NCBI GenBank assembly: GCA_964421635.1
Contig: CAYQWZ010000003.1
Coordinates: 65,712-129,711 of the forward strand
From: an uncultured Candidatus Saccharibacteria bacterium
GTDB taxonomy: Bacteria > Patescibacteriota > UBA1384 > CAILIB01 > JAUSJZ01
Direction of reading: 5' to 3'
DNA: 64,000 bases
Positions within the stretch are counted from its first letter, which is position 1. Each line of letters begins with the position of its first letter. The translations under genes and the position numbers were made by a program. The notes beneath the pieces were generated by a model. That model was not told where the DNA came from, ran no database searches, and was given only the letters and a program-made list of their open reading frames with translations. Below are positions 1 through 10,200 of this stretch, in pieces.

Positions 1-132
1 AGCTCTTCCTCTTCTTCAGTTTCATGAAGGATTTGCTCTAAATGCTCTTTCAAAGCTTTAGCGGTAATAATTTTGTCGAGATCAACTTTAATCATGTCTT
101 TATTATATCTGCTTTTTGCTAAACTGAAACAT

Positions 133-1392
133 ATGAATACAACAACCAAGAAACTCAAAAACGGGGCGACTTTATTAGTCACCCCAATTAAAGAAGCCAA
201 GTCTACTACTTTATTTGTCACTGTCCCGCACGGCTCTCGACACGAAACTGCCGACCAAGCAGGATTAGCTCATTTTTACGAGCATATGGTTTTTAAAGGA
301 GGCAAAAAATATGCGGCGGCGGATGCGATTTCGCAAGCCCTTGATGCAGTCGGCGCCGACTATAACGCTTTCACAGACTTTCAGCAAACGGCGTATTACG
401 CGCGGGTGGCCGCAGCTAATTTCGACACGGCGCTCGATGTCATTTCAGATTATTTACAGTTCGCCAAGTTTGACCAGAAAGATATTGACCGCGAGCGCGG
501 CGTGATATTAGAGGAATACAATATGTATTGGGATATGCCCGACGCGCGAGCGGATATGCAATCACCTAAGTTAATTTTTGGCGATACTCCGCTTGGCCGA
601 CCAATAATTGGTACTAAAGAGAGAATACAAAAATTCAATCGTAAGGATTTTTCAGATTGGTACGAGCAAAAATACAGTGCCGAAAAGGTTGTAATTTCGG
701 TCGCTGGTGCAATCCCTAAAAATTTAGATGACCAAATTGAAGAGAAATTTAGCAGCCTGCCCGAATCCTCAAAAATAAAAATGGAAGGTGCAAAAAGCCT
801 AACTACTGGCCCAAACATAGTAATGGATGAACGAGCAGGCGAGCAAATTCGATTAGTGATGGCTTTTGAATCGAAGGCGGCGCAAGACGAGCAGCTGTGG
901 GTACAGCGAGTGATGCGTACTATTATGGGAGTTTCAATGAGTTCGCGACTGTTCTCTGAAATTAGAGAGAAGCGAGGATTATGTTATACCGTTTCAATGC
1001 AAGATCAAGCCTTTAGTGATACGGGAATTTTGACAGTTGAATCTGGTTTAGATAGTACCCGAATTGAAGAGGCAATAAAGGCCATTTGGGAAGAATTAAA
1101 AAAGATTACTCAAACTAATGTGAAGGACGAGGAACTTAAGAGAGCCAAAGAGTTTATAAAAAGTACTACTATTTTGTCTTTAGAATCTACCGCAGCAGTG
1201 GCTAGGTTCAAAGCAGCTCAATATATGTTTGAGGGTGTTACCATGCCAATAGAAGAGAGATTCAAACAGATTGATGCGGTAACGGCTGAACAAGTGAAAG
1301 CAATTTCAAAAGAGCTATTTCAACCAAATCGTATGGGGCTAGTAATGGTTGGCCCTAAACAAAACATTGACAAGATCTCTCAGATATTCTAA
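133..1392 (+). CDS. M16 family zinc metallopeptidase (insulinase-like). The ORF opens at 73 but the likely start is ATG 133 (MNTTTKK).
   Basis: The inverted zinc-binding motif HxxEH is present (HFYEHMVFKG). Length and domain order are typical of M16 family peptidases. Confidence 0.75.
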   Translation: MNTTTKKLKNGATLLVTPIKEAKSTTLFVTVPHGSRHETADQAGLAHFYEHMVFKGGKKYAAADAISQALDAVGADYNAFTDFQQTAYYARVAAANFDTALDVISDYLQFAKFDQKDIDRERGVILEEYNMYWDMPDARADMQSPKLIFGDTPLGRPIIGTKERIQKFNRKDFSDWYEQKYSAEKVVISVAGAIPKNLDDQIEEKFSSLPESSKIKMEGAKSLTTGPNIVMDERAGEQIRLVMAFESKAAQDEQLWVQRVMRTIMGVSMSSRLFSEIREKRGLCYTVSMQDQAFSDTGILTVESGLDSTRIEEAIKAIWEELKKITQTNVKDEELKRAKEFIKSTTILSLESTAAVARFKAAQYMFEGVTMPIEERFKQIDAVTAEQVKAISKELFQPNRMGLVMVGPKQNIDKISQIF

Positions 1393-1463
1393 TTATATAA
1401 TCCACCTGACATTTTTATGACATTTCTGCTATTGTCGTATCAAACAATCTAAATTATGTATTT

Positions 1464-2111
1464 ATGAATAAAAGCTCTGATAGCAAAAAAGATATCGCCA
1501 TGGAGAGAAGTTTCGTCATGATTAAGCCCGATGGAGTAATGCGCGGACTGATAGGCACAATTTTGCAAAGATTTGAGCAACGCGGATTAAAAATTATTGC
1601 CCTAAAGCTAATTGAGCCAACCAGAGAACAGATAGACGGGCATTATCCTAAAGAAGAGAGCTGGATTGACCGTTTGGGCGAAAAAACATTATCAACTTTT
1701 AAAGAATACAAACTTGACCCAAAAGAGATTTTAGGAACAGATAATCAAAAGGAGCTAGGTGCAAAAGTGCGCGAATGGCTCCTTGATTATATGACTATGG
1801 GTCCAGTCGTTTGCATGGTAGTGGAAGGAGTCCATTCGCGCGGCATGATTCGAAAAATTGTCGGCGCTACTTTGCCTTTTTTTGCCGACCCAGGAACAAT
1901 TAGAGGAGACTTCTCCGTGGACGCCTCAACTGCTGCCAATACGCAGAATCGAAGCATTTTTAATTTAATCCATGCCTCAGAAACAGAAGAAGAGGCTACT
2001 AATGAAATTGACCACTGGTTCTCGCCAGAAGATTTACACGAGTACTACAGAACAGATGACAGCATCGCTTACGGCGATCGTCGATCTGAAGATTTCACCA
2101 AGAAAAAATAA
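1464..2111 (+). CDS. ndk: Nucleoside diphosphate kinase with an internal insertion and C-terminal extension. The true start may be ATG 1500 (MERSFVMIKPDG).
   Basis: Carries the FVMIKPDGV...RGLIG...RF NDK N-terminal signature and the catalytic region (NLIHASE). At about 205-215 aa it is longer than the canonical 140-150 aa. Confidence 0.85.
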   Translation: MNKSSDSKKDIAMERSFVMIKPDGVMRGLIGTILQRFEQRGLKIIALKLIEPTREQIDGHYPKEESWIDRLGEKTLSTFKEYKLDPKEILGTDNQKELGAKVREWLLDYMTMGPVVCMVVEGVHSRGMIRKIVGATLPFFADPGTIRGDFSVDASTAANTQNRSIFNLIHASETEEEATNEIDHWFSPEDLHEYYRTDDSIAYGDRRSEDFTKKK

Positions 2112-2114
2112 AAA

Positions 2115-3239
2115 ATGCCATTAATTTTAAATAACTTTTTGCCTTCTTTCATTGCTGCTCTGCTTATCGCTTTTATTTTCACGGGCATTGTGCGCAAGCT
2201 GGCTAGTAAACTAAAAATTGTTGCCAAGCCACGCAAACGAGATATGCACAAGAAAGCGGTGCCAAGACTCGGCGGAGTAGCAATTGTGCTAGCCTTTGTT
2301 CTTGTACTGCTAGTAACCTCCGTTATTAATCCTGATTTAATCTTTTTTACGAACGAATATCGGTTCGGCATCGATCGTCATATTTTAGGATTAATTGCCG
2401 GCTCCCTAGTCTTACTAATGTGGGGAATTGCGGATGATGTCTACTCACTTAAACCTACACAACAATTTTTAGGCCAAGCCCTAGCTGCTATCATCATTAT
2501 CTTTTCGGGCATCGGCATAGATTCTATCACTAATCCTTTTGGCCTTCACGGGTCAATTATTGAATTAAACCAGATTAATTTTAATTTATTTACCGCCGGT
2601 GCCTACACCGCGTCGATTACTTTGTGGTCAGATCTATTCACTTTCATTTGGCTGATTGGCATGATGAATGTTATGAACTGGTTTGATGGTCTCGACGGAT
2701 TAGCCACAGGCGTCTCTGCTATCTCCGCCACTATGCTTTTACTGCTTTCAATTGCTGTTGGCAGCCCCGCTGGAATTATCGCCATGCTAGTTATTTTAGT
2801 TGGCGCCCTGATAGGATTTCTCCCTTGGAACTGGTATCCGGCTAAAATTTTTATGGGCACCGCGGGCAGTACTTTTTTAGGATTTGTTTTAGGAGTAGCG
2901 GCCATAATTTCGGGCGGAAAAATTGCCACCGCTTTGCTGGTGCTGGGAGTACCAGTTTTAGACGCGCTTTGGGTAGTATTTCGCCGAGCAATAAATAAGC
3001 AATCCATCTTTAAAGCCGATCGGCGTCATTTGCATCATCGTTTAGTGGACGCTGGCCTAACAGTGCCAAAAACGGTTATGACTTTGTATGTAATATCCTT
3101 AATTTTTGGCGGTTTGGCTTTGTATAAAAATAATACTAATATTAAGCTACAGCTGGCTTTTATTTTGGCCTTAGTGGTAGTCATTATTGGTTTAGGAACA
3201 TTAGCAGCTGAGAGAATTAAAACAAAAAAGAATGGGTAA
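2115..3239 (+). CDS. Polyprenyl-phosphate sugar-phosphate transferase, glycosyltransferase family 4 (MraY/WecA-like).
   Basis: Motif MNVMNWFDGLDGLATG, the DD motif (WGIADDVYSL) and about 10 predicted TM helices. Confidence 0.75.
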   Translation: MPLILNNFLPSFIAALLIAFIFTGIVRKLASKLKIVAKPRKRDMHKKAVPRLGGVAIVLAFVLVLLVTSVINPDLIFFTNEYRFGIDRHILGLIAGSLVLLMWGIADDVYSLKPTQQFLGQALAAIIIIFSGIGIDSITNPFGLHGSIIELNQINFNLFTAGAYTASITLWSDLFTFIWLIGMMNVMNWFDGLDGLATGVSAISATMLLLLSIAVGSPAGIIAMLVILVGALIGFLPWNWYPAKIFMGTAGSTFLGFVLGVAAIISGGKIATALLVLGVPVLDALWVVFRRAINKQSIFKADRRHLHHRLVDAGLTVPKTVMTLYVISLIFGGLALYKNNTNIKLQLAFILALVVVIIGLGTLAAERIKTKKNG

Positions 3240-3396
3240 GAAACCAATTGAAGTTGAGCCTCTGGGCTTTCGAAAAAAGCAGGAAGGATGTATGAAATGG
3301 ATAATGTGGTTAGTTTTGATATCTATGACTATTAGCTTCATTGTGGCATCTGCATACTACGGTTTTTAGTAATATTGAAAGTGCTATACTAAACCT

Positions 3397-3801
3397 ATGG
3401 AAATGGAAAATAAACCAGCAGTTTTAATTGTTGAAGATGAAGCGGGGCTACGCGAACTGTACGAAGAAGAGCTTATTAAAGCGGGCTATTTAGTGTTTGC
3501 GGTGGCTAACGGTGAAGAAGGTTTAGCCATAGCCAAAGAGCGAAAACCGATGGCAGTCATTCTTGACATTATGTTACCAGGTATGAGCGGGCTAGATATG
3601 CTAGCTAAAATGCGCGCGGATGAAAACATGAAAGACACTCCGGTCTATTTACTGACTGCCCTAGAAGACACGGACGATAGAGCGCGCGGCATCTCTTTAG
3701 GGGCAACCGAGTACTTGGCTAAAAATGAAGTTTCACCAGAAAGTGTAATAGTCAAAATAAAACAACTCAATGAATCAGGCTCCGTCAATCCTTCTAGTTG
3801 A
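3397..3801 (+). CDS. Stand-alone response regulator receiver (REC-only, CheY/PilH-like).
   Basis: VLIVEDE...ILDIMLPGMSGLDML...YLLTA...YLAK, with the phospho-acceptor Asp in the ILDIMLP context. No output domain. Confidence 0.8.
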   Translation: MEMENKPAVLIVEDEAGLRELYEEELIKAGYLVFAVANGEEGLAIAKERKPMAVILDIMLPGMSGLDMLAKMRADENMKDTPVYLLTALEDTDDRARGISLGATEYLAKNEVSPESVIVKIKQLNESGSVNPSS

Positions 3802-4150
3802 GGATGACTTAATTTTGCAAGAAATGTACCGCATTCGTCTGGAGCAGGCTGGGTTTCGAGTGACAGAATTAGTCTCTGGAGAAGAGGCGCTGCGGGCTAT
3901 AGCCAATAATAAGTTTGATTTGGTTTTGTTAGATATTATGCTGCCAGGTGTAAGCGGATTAGATGTTTTAGCCGAACTTAAGGATAATGATTCTACAAAA
4001 GATCTACCTGTTATTATGCTTTCGGCTTTATCGACAGATGAAGACAAGATGCGTGGTCGGGAGTTTGGTGCTACCGATTATATTGCCAAATCTGAGTCGA
4101 CGCCCAGAGAAGTTGTAGCAAAAATTAAATCTATATTAGATGCCAAATGA
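3770..4150 (+). CDS. Second stand-alone REC-only response regulator, paralogous to the upstream one.
   Basis: ILLVEDD...LLDIMLPGVSGLDVL...IMLSAL...YIAK. Overlaps the preceding REC gene by about 30 nt. Confidence 0.8.
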   Translation: MNQAPSILLVEDDLILQEMYRIRLEQAGFRVTELVSGEEALRAIANNKFDLVLLDIMLPGVSGLDVLAELKDNDSTKDLPVIMLSALSTDEDKMRGREFGATDYIAKSESTPREVVAKIKSILDAK

Positions 4151-4625
4151 GGAATATCGATTTCGTGGTCAGGGGACAGACGAAAAGGTTATTTTAGTGG
4201 TGCGGCATCATCCGGTGGTTTTGTTGCACGACGGATACATTATTTTAGCCATTGCTTTAGTGCCGTGGGCGGTTTTTGTTTTTTCAGCCTTTACGGCGGC
4301 TTTCGGTTGGACGCTACTCCTTTCTACTATCGCCGCCGCCTGGATGATCTTTCAAGCCTACTTTACATGGATTAACGACATCTATGTTTTGACTAATAAA
4401 AGAGTGTTGGTGACTGATCAGCGACAGGTGTTTGAGCGCGAAGTGAAAGAGGTCCGCTACGATCGAGTTCAAGAAGTATCACACGAAATAAAAGGATTAT
4501 ATGCGACCATGCTAAATGTCGGCAATGTGAAAATTAAAACCGCGTCGGGCGATGATATGAATCTTATTATGGTACCGGGCCCTTATGAAATTGAACAAAA
4601 AATTGCTCAGAATGTAAGCTCTTAG
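4140..4625 (+). CDS. Membrane protein with a bacterial PH domain (bPH_2/YdbS-like).
   Basis: Two predicted TM helices followed by INDIYVLTNKRVLV...VKIKTASG, typical of DUF304/bPH_2. Confidence 0.5.
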   Translation: MPNEEYRFRGQGTDEKVILVVRHHPVVLLHDGYIILAIALVPWAVFVFSAFTAAFGWTLLLSTIAAAWMIFQAYFTWINDIYVLTNKRVLVTDQRQVFEREVKEVRYDRVQEVSHEIKGLYATMLNVGNVKIKTASGDDMNLIMVPGPYEIEQKIAQNVSS

Positions 4626-4721
4626 GTTGTACTTTGACTTATTTTGAGATAATAGTAAGTTGTTTGGCGTACAGTAAGTAAGCATTATTTTTTTGTGAAG
4701 AATATTTCTGACGAACAATGC

Positions 4722-5255
4722 ATGAAGAAATTGGCAGAGGGAGATCAAAAAGCCCTATCTTTTTTGGTAGATAGATATGAGAATAAGCTCAGACATTTTA
4801 TTCACTCTTTGGGCAAAATTTCCGCCGACGATATCGAAGATATTTTACAGGAAACTTTTATTCGGGTTTATCAGAATGCCAAAGGATTCGATGCATCCTA
4901 CAGCTTTTCATCATGGGTTTACAGAATTGCCAGAAATCAGACCTATAGTTTTATGCGTAAAATGAAAGTGCGACCACATGTAGTTTTAGAAATTAGTGAT
5001 GTGCCAAGCAAGTTGCTGATTGATGAGGTTGATCTCCATCAAGATGTTATAACAAAAGAGAAGAAAGCCAAACTACAAAACTCAATAAATAGTTTACCAA
5101 CCAAATATGCGGAGGTATTGCAATTATTAGTTTATGAAGAGATGAGTCAGAAAGAAACATCAGATATTTTGAAAATACCTGTCAGTACAGTAGCCACTAG
5201 ATATGCTCGAGCCAAACAGCAATTAAAAATTGTTCTAAAAAATGAAAAAGACTAA
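4722..5255 (+). CDS. ECF-type RNA polymerase sigma-70 family factor. The ORF opens at a GTG at 4695; ATG 4722 is more likely.
   Basis: Region 2 (DIEDILQETFIRVYQN...FSSWVYRIARN) and region 4 HTH (EVLQLLVYEEMSQKETSDILKIPVSTVATRYARAKQQL). Confidence 0.8.
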   Translation: MKKLAEGDQKALSFLVDRYENKLRHFIHSLGKISADDIEDILQETFIRVYQNAKGFDASYSFSSWVYRIARNQTYSFMRKMKVRPHVVLEISDVPSKLLIDEVDLHQDVITKEKKAKLQNSINSLPTKYAEVLQLLVYEEMSQKETSDILKIPVSTVATRYARAKQQLKIVLKNEKD

Positions 5256-5763
5256 AGAAGAAATCTTAAAAATATTGAAGGACAAACAGATTGAGCAGAA
5301 GCCTCGATGGCACTTTCAATTACAAAAAATACTAATTTGGACAGCTGTCATTGGAGGATTAATAATTTCAGGCTTGCTGTCTTCAGTGTTAATTCAATTT
5401 AGTTTAGCAGCTGGCGTCAAAGAAGTAATTGGTCCGAATTTTCCTGCTATAATAATGGCTTTCCGCCTTGTTCCTTCATTATTTATTCTTATTATTATGG
5501 TGGCAGTTTTAATCAATAGTATTTTAAATAAACTCACTCCAAAGGGTTATCGTGTGACTTACTTAAAATCCTTATTTATTACTTTAGCTGTTGTCGGTTT
5601 ATTAGGGTCACTGTTCTTTGGTTTGGGTGTGGGACCAAGAATGCATCAACAATTTTTACATATTAAACCGTACAAGGCTGAATTTGACCGGCGTCATAGA
5701 TTGCCGAAAGAGGAAATTAAAGGTGTGAGATATTATCCTCCGGCTGCGCGTACTAATAGGTGA
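5242..5763 (+). CDS. Membrane protein directly downstream of and overlapping the ECF sigma gene. Possible anti-sigma factor.
   Basis: Overlapping start, multiple TM helices, no recognisable catalytic motifs. Assignment rests on position only. Confidence 0.35.
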   Translation: MKKTKEEILKILKDKQIEQKPRWHFQLQKILIWTAVIGGLIISGLLSSVLIQFSLAAGVKEVIGPNFPAIIMAFRLVPSLFILIIMVAVLINSILNKLTPKGYRVTYLKSLFITLAVVGLLGSLFFGLGVGPRMHQQFLHIKPYKAEFDRRHRLPKEEIKGVRYYPPAARTNR

Positions 5764-5795
5764 GGACGTCTTCAGAAAAATAAGTAAGAATAAAT

Positions 5796-6248
5796 ATGAA
5801 CAAGAATTACATTCCCTATTTGGTTGCTACTGCCGCTATAGTAACGGCAGGTGTAACAACAATTAGTGCGCAAGAAGTTGGTGAAACCGATCAGCCGGTT
5901 GACGAAGCTGTTAGTCAAGAAGATACATCCGTAAACTGTCGTGGTAAACGCCATGAAAACAAGGAGAATTTCGAAGCGGTAAAAACTGCTATCGAGAATA
6001 ATGACTACGAAGCTTGGAAGAGCGCTATTAGTGAGGCTCCCTTTGCTGATAAAATTTCCGAAGTAATTAATGCAGAGAACTTTGATAAATTTGTGGAGAT
6101 GCATAATTTACGACAAGACGGAGATATCGAAGGGGCACAAGAGATAAGAGATGAATTAGGATTACCAGCAAGACCTGGAAAGGGTGGCGCCGGTCCACGC
6201 GGAGAACATGGTTTTCATAAGGGAAATGTTGAGTCAGAAGCTCAATAA
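5796..6248 (+). CDS. Secreted hypothetical protein with a signal peptide.
   Basis: N-terminal hydrophobic signal (YLVATAAIVTAGVTTISAQE), followed by an acidic low-complexity sequence and a terminator downstream. Confidence 0.45.
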   Translation: MNKNYIPYLVATAAIVTAGVTTISAQEVGETDQPVDEAVSQEDTSVNCRGKRHENKENFEAVKTAIENNDYEAWKSAISEAPFADKISEVINAENFDKFVEMHNLRQDGDIEGAQEIRDELGLPARPGKGGAGPRGEHGFHKGNVESEAQ

Positions 6249-6279
6249 AATCTAATTTGCTATTAAACAGAAAGACTCT

Positions 6280-6306
6280 AGACCCTAGACTCTAGGGTCT
6301 TTTTGG
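6280..6306 (+). terminator. Rho-independent terminator. A 9 bp perfect stem AGACCCTAG/CTAGGGTCT is followed by a T-run.
   Basis: agaccctag-act-ctagggtct-tttt, directly read from the sequence. Confidence 0.7.
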
Positions 6307-6405
6307 TTGTGCAATGTCGAAAAAGCACTACTAGCTTGACTATCAAGCTTATTTTTGTTAGTGTTTTAGCAGTTCGTTAGGGGGGAAACCCCGGAAAGGT
6401 TGCAC

Positions 6406-7185
6406 ATGAACACGCGAAATCTCATCTCAACTCTGCTTGCTGTCTTCATCGTTCTGTCGGCTTTGATGCCGGCACTGGCCGATGATGAGGGCGCGCAGGC
6501 CTACGCTCCCACCACCCTCAGTGCCTACGCCGGTTACAACAGCGACTACATCTGGTCGTTGGGAGGTCACTCGTCTGAGGGTTCCTCGCGTGCTGGCGCT
6601 GCTATTACCGCGCCGCTCAACCGGCAGGGCAGTGTCTGGCTTCAAGCTCGCTTCGACGCCATGTATGGCGATGGGCCGTTCGGCAAGGAGAACGATGTTA
6701 CCTTGGCTTTTTGGGGTAATCTGCCCAAGGGTCAGGTCGTCGGTGGCGCTGTACTGTGGTACGATCTGGCGCCGACAGGCAGCAGCCGTGTCGGCGACAT
6801 GGTCGAGGTGGCACTTTTCTACAAGTGCCCATTCGAAAGCTCTGTTGGCACGCTGGTGGCTGAAGTGGGCACCCGCGTCTTCTATGTAGTCGATTTCCCG
6901 GTGTCAGGCACTGATGGAGTCGTCCCTTACGTGGGCGTTTCCGGTGCTTGGCCCGTCTCGAGCCGACTGACGGGTAGCTGGAATCAGCTTGTCGGCTACG
7001 ACTCGGGCGTCTATCTGGCTGACCGCGGCCTGATGGCGCTGGGCGACGGCAAGATGACCTATCAGCTGAGCGACAGCGACCAACTGTATCTCAACTGTCG
7101 GTTCTGGGCTCCGCTCTCGGGCATCGACGACCGGGTCAGCAAGGCTGAGATCGGAATAGGCTACGAGCATGCCTTCACCTTCTGA
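6406..7185 (+). CDS. Secreted beta-barrel outer-membrane-protein-like protein in a GC-rich island (about 60% GC). The ORF opens at a TTG at 6400; ATG 6406 is likely.
   Basis: Signal peptide (LISTLLAVFIVLSALMPALA), alternating hydrophobic beta-strand pattern, and the C-terminal OMP signature ...GIGYEHAFTF ending in Phe. Composition departs sharply from the flanks. Confidence 0.5.
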   Translation: MNTRNLISTLLAVFIVLSALMPALADDEGAQAYAPTTLSAYAGYNSDYIWSLGGHSSEGSSRAGAAITAPLNRQGSVWLQARFDAMYGDGPFGKENDVTLAFWGNLPKGQVVGGAVLWYDLAPTGSSRVGDMVEVALFYKCPFESSVGTLVAEVGTRVFYVVDFPVSGTDGVVPYVGVSGAWPVSSRLTGSWNQLVGYDSGVYLADRGLMALGDGKMTYQLSDSDQLYLNCRFWAPLSGIDDRVSKAEIGIGYEHAFTF

Positions 7186-7231
7186 CCAGACAACCTAACT
7201 GGCCGAGTTCTCGGTCAACGCCAGCATCTCA

Positions 7232-7259
7232 CCTCCGGGCCGTCCCGGAGGTTTTTTTT
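7232..7259 (+). terminator. Rho-independent terminator (CCTCCGGG-ccgt-CCCGGAGG then T8).
   Basis: An 8 bp GC stem plus a U-run immediately after the OMP-like gene. It overlaps the dnaE stop on the opposite strand. Confidence 0.75.
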
Positions 7260-10200
7260 AATACACATTTTCGATGCCTACAATTTCGGCTACCTGATTC
7301 TTTAGTTTTTCGTTAATTTCTACCGTAGATTTAGTGGCAATCTCTTTAATGCCGCCATTATGAGGTAGGCGCAAAGCTACCGGTTTATCACCAGGATAGA
7401 GTGCTAAAATTTGTTTCAGCTGCATTAGCGTATCTTTATTGGCCGAATTGGGCACTTCAATAATAAAACGATTCGCTTGACCAAAATTGCCGTTATTATT
7501 GTCGCCGGAGCCATTACTGTTCCAACCGTTCTTCGGTCTTTCCCGACGTTTTTGCGGTCTAAATTTCGGTAGGTTTGGCAATTCATTCCCTTCAACCTCA
7601 TAAATTTGTTCTACCAAAATTTTCATTTCTTTTGTTTGAACCTGTGTTCTAGAATCTTTGGCATTAACAAATCCGTCGACAACCAAAATTTTGCCCACTT
7701 CAAGCTTATTTTTATGTTCGGCGTGGACTTTTGGGAAAGCAATTAGTTCTAGAGAAGTCGCGGCATCTTCGAACTTAATAAAACTCATTGGGTCATCATT
7801 TTTGGTCATAATGGTACGGATATCTGAAATTAATCCTACTACTCGCACTTTCTGGTTGTGCAGCTTGGCGTTAATTTCGCTCAAAGGCTGTACTTCGGCG
7901 CCCAATTTTTTAGCCACTTCTTTTATAGGATGGTCAGAAAGATAAATTCCCAGAAGCTCGCGCTCCCAGTCGAGTTTGGTACGGTTATCAATAGCAGGGA
8001 CATCTGGCAAATCTAGTTTAAATTGCGCTCCTTCTTCTTCGTCTCCGAATAATCCTTCTTGACCAACAGAACTATTTTTATGCACCGCAGAAATGAAATC
8101 TAAAATTGCTGGCATTCCTTCGAGCACACGGTTGCGATCTTCGAGCGAATCAAGCGCTCCTGCTTTAGCCAAATTCTCAACCACTTTTTTATTAACTTTT
8201 TGACTGCCCAGTCGAATAAGAAAATCGGTTAAACTTTTGTATTTACCATTCTTTTCGCGCTCCTTCACAATTTCGGCGCTGACATCGACGCCGACATTCT
8301 TAATAGCGCCAAGACCGAAACGAATCACATTACCTGTTCTTTTTGGCGAAGGCTCGGGTGTGTCGTAAACAACAGCGAAATCAACGAAGGATTCATTAAC
8401 ATCTGGCGCCAGTACCTTAAGTCCCATTTGGTCGGCCTCTGCTAGCTCTATAGCTAGCCGGTCGAGATTGTGTAAGTCAGAGGTCATCAGGGCGGCCATA
8501 AACTCCGCCGGATAATTTGCCTTCAAATACGCTGTTTGGTAGGCAATCATGGCGTAACAGGCGGCGTGAGCGCGGTTGAACCCATAGCGAGCGAAAGGTT
8601 CGATAAAGTTCCAAATCTTTTCGGCTAAGGCTTGAGAAATGTTTTGCGTTTTAATTGATCCATTAATAAATTTCTCTCGTTGTTCATCTAGTAAGGATTT
8701 AATTTTTTTGCCCACTGCTTTACGCAAAATATCTGCTTCGCCGTAAGTGAAGCCGGCGAAATCGCGAGCAATTTGTAGTACCTGATCTTGCGTAACAATA
8801 ACACCGTAAGTGTCTTTCAAAATTGGCTCCAATGCGGGGTGAAGATAAGTTATAATTTTCCGGCCATGCTTTGATTCAATAAAATCGGGAATGGCTTCCA
8901 TTGGGCCAGGGCGGTATAAAGCCACCATTGAGATAATATCTTCAAATTCGGTCGGCTTTAGTTCTCTCAAATAGCGTTTCATGCCAGCTGATTCTAGCTG
9001 AAACACTCCAGTCGATTCAGCTCGCGACAGTAGTTGGTAAGATTTTTTATCATCTGTTTTTAGAGTGCGAATATCTATTTCGACATGGCGATGTTGACGC
9101 AACAGCTTCAAACATAAATCGATAGTGTTTAAGTTAGATAATCCTAAAAAGTCAATTTTCAAAATGCCCATATCTTCAATGGCGTGCATCTCATATTGAG
9201 TAGTTATGGATTGATCGGAGCGGGCGGCGTACTGGAGAGGAACATAGTTGTACAACGGCCCGGGAGTTACCACGACGCCGGCCGCGTGAATTGAAGTGTG
9301 GCGAACGGATCCTTCTACTTTTTTAGCTAAGTCAAGCAGTTTTTTCACCTGAGAATTAGAATTATAGTTATTCGTTAACTCTTCAGAGTGCTCCATAGCT
9401 TCAGAAATGTTGTCGCCGAAAGGAATTAGCTTGGCGATATAGTCACATTCTTGGTAGGGCAGACCTAACGCGCGACCAACATCGCGCACAGCGTTTCTGG
9501 CCTGCATAGTACCAAAGGTAATAATCTGCGCGACGTGGTCGCTGCCGTAACGGTCGCGGACATAGTCAATGACTTCGTCGCGGCGTGAATCTTGAATGTC
9601 GTTATCGATATCAGGCATTGAGAAGCGCTCAGGGTTTAAGAAGCGTTCAAAAATAAGTTTGTACACCAATGGGTCAATGTCTGTAATACCCGTGACATAA
9701 CCAACCATTGAGCCGGCGGCGGAGCCACGGCCGGGGCCAATCAAAATTCCTTGCTTACGCGCCCAGTTAATAAAGTCTTGAGTGATCAAGAAATATCCTT
9801 CAAAGCCCATATTCTCAACCACAGACAATTCGTAATCAACGCGATCGGCTACCCGTTTTTCGAGCGGAATTGATTCGTCGTTACTGTCAGGAGAAGGCAG
9901 AATTCCGTCAGTTGGCAGGTCGCCAACCTTGTAGTTAAAACCAAAGCGTTCTCTTACTCCTTCTTCGCAGAGCTGGCGTAAATAATCGTGCTCACTTATA
10001 CCTTCAGGCGTCGGATAGTTTGGTAAAATATTTTCGCCGAATTTGATTTCAACATTACAGCGTTCAGCAATTAGCTGGGTATTAGTTAAAGCTTCGGGCG
10101 CATCGGCGAACCATTCGGCCATATCTTTTGGGTCTGTAATTGACAAATCGGTATCTAAAAAGTTTAGCCGGTTGGGCTCGTCAACTTTTTTACCTGACGA

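Noticed and set aside
6427-7170. Track ORFs 6427..6645 (-), 6482..6889 (+) and 6904..7170 (-) overlapping the OMP-like gene
   Set aside because: They are alternative-frame artefacts of the high-GC island. The frame with the signal peptide and C-terminal OMP motif is preferred.
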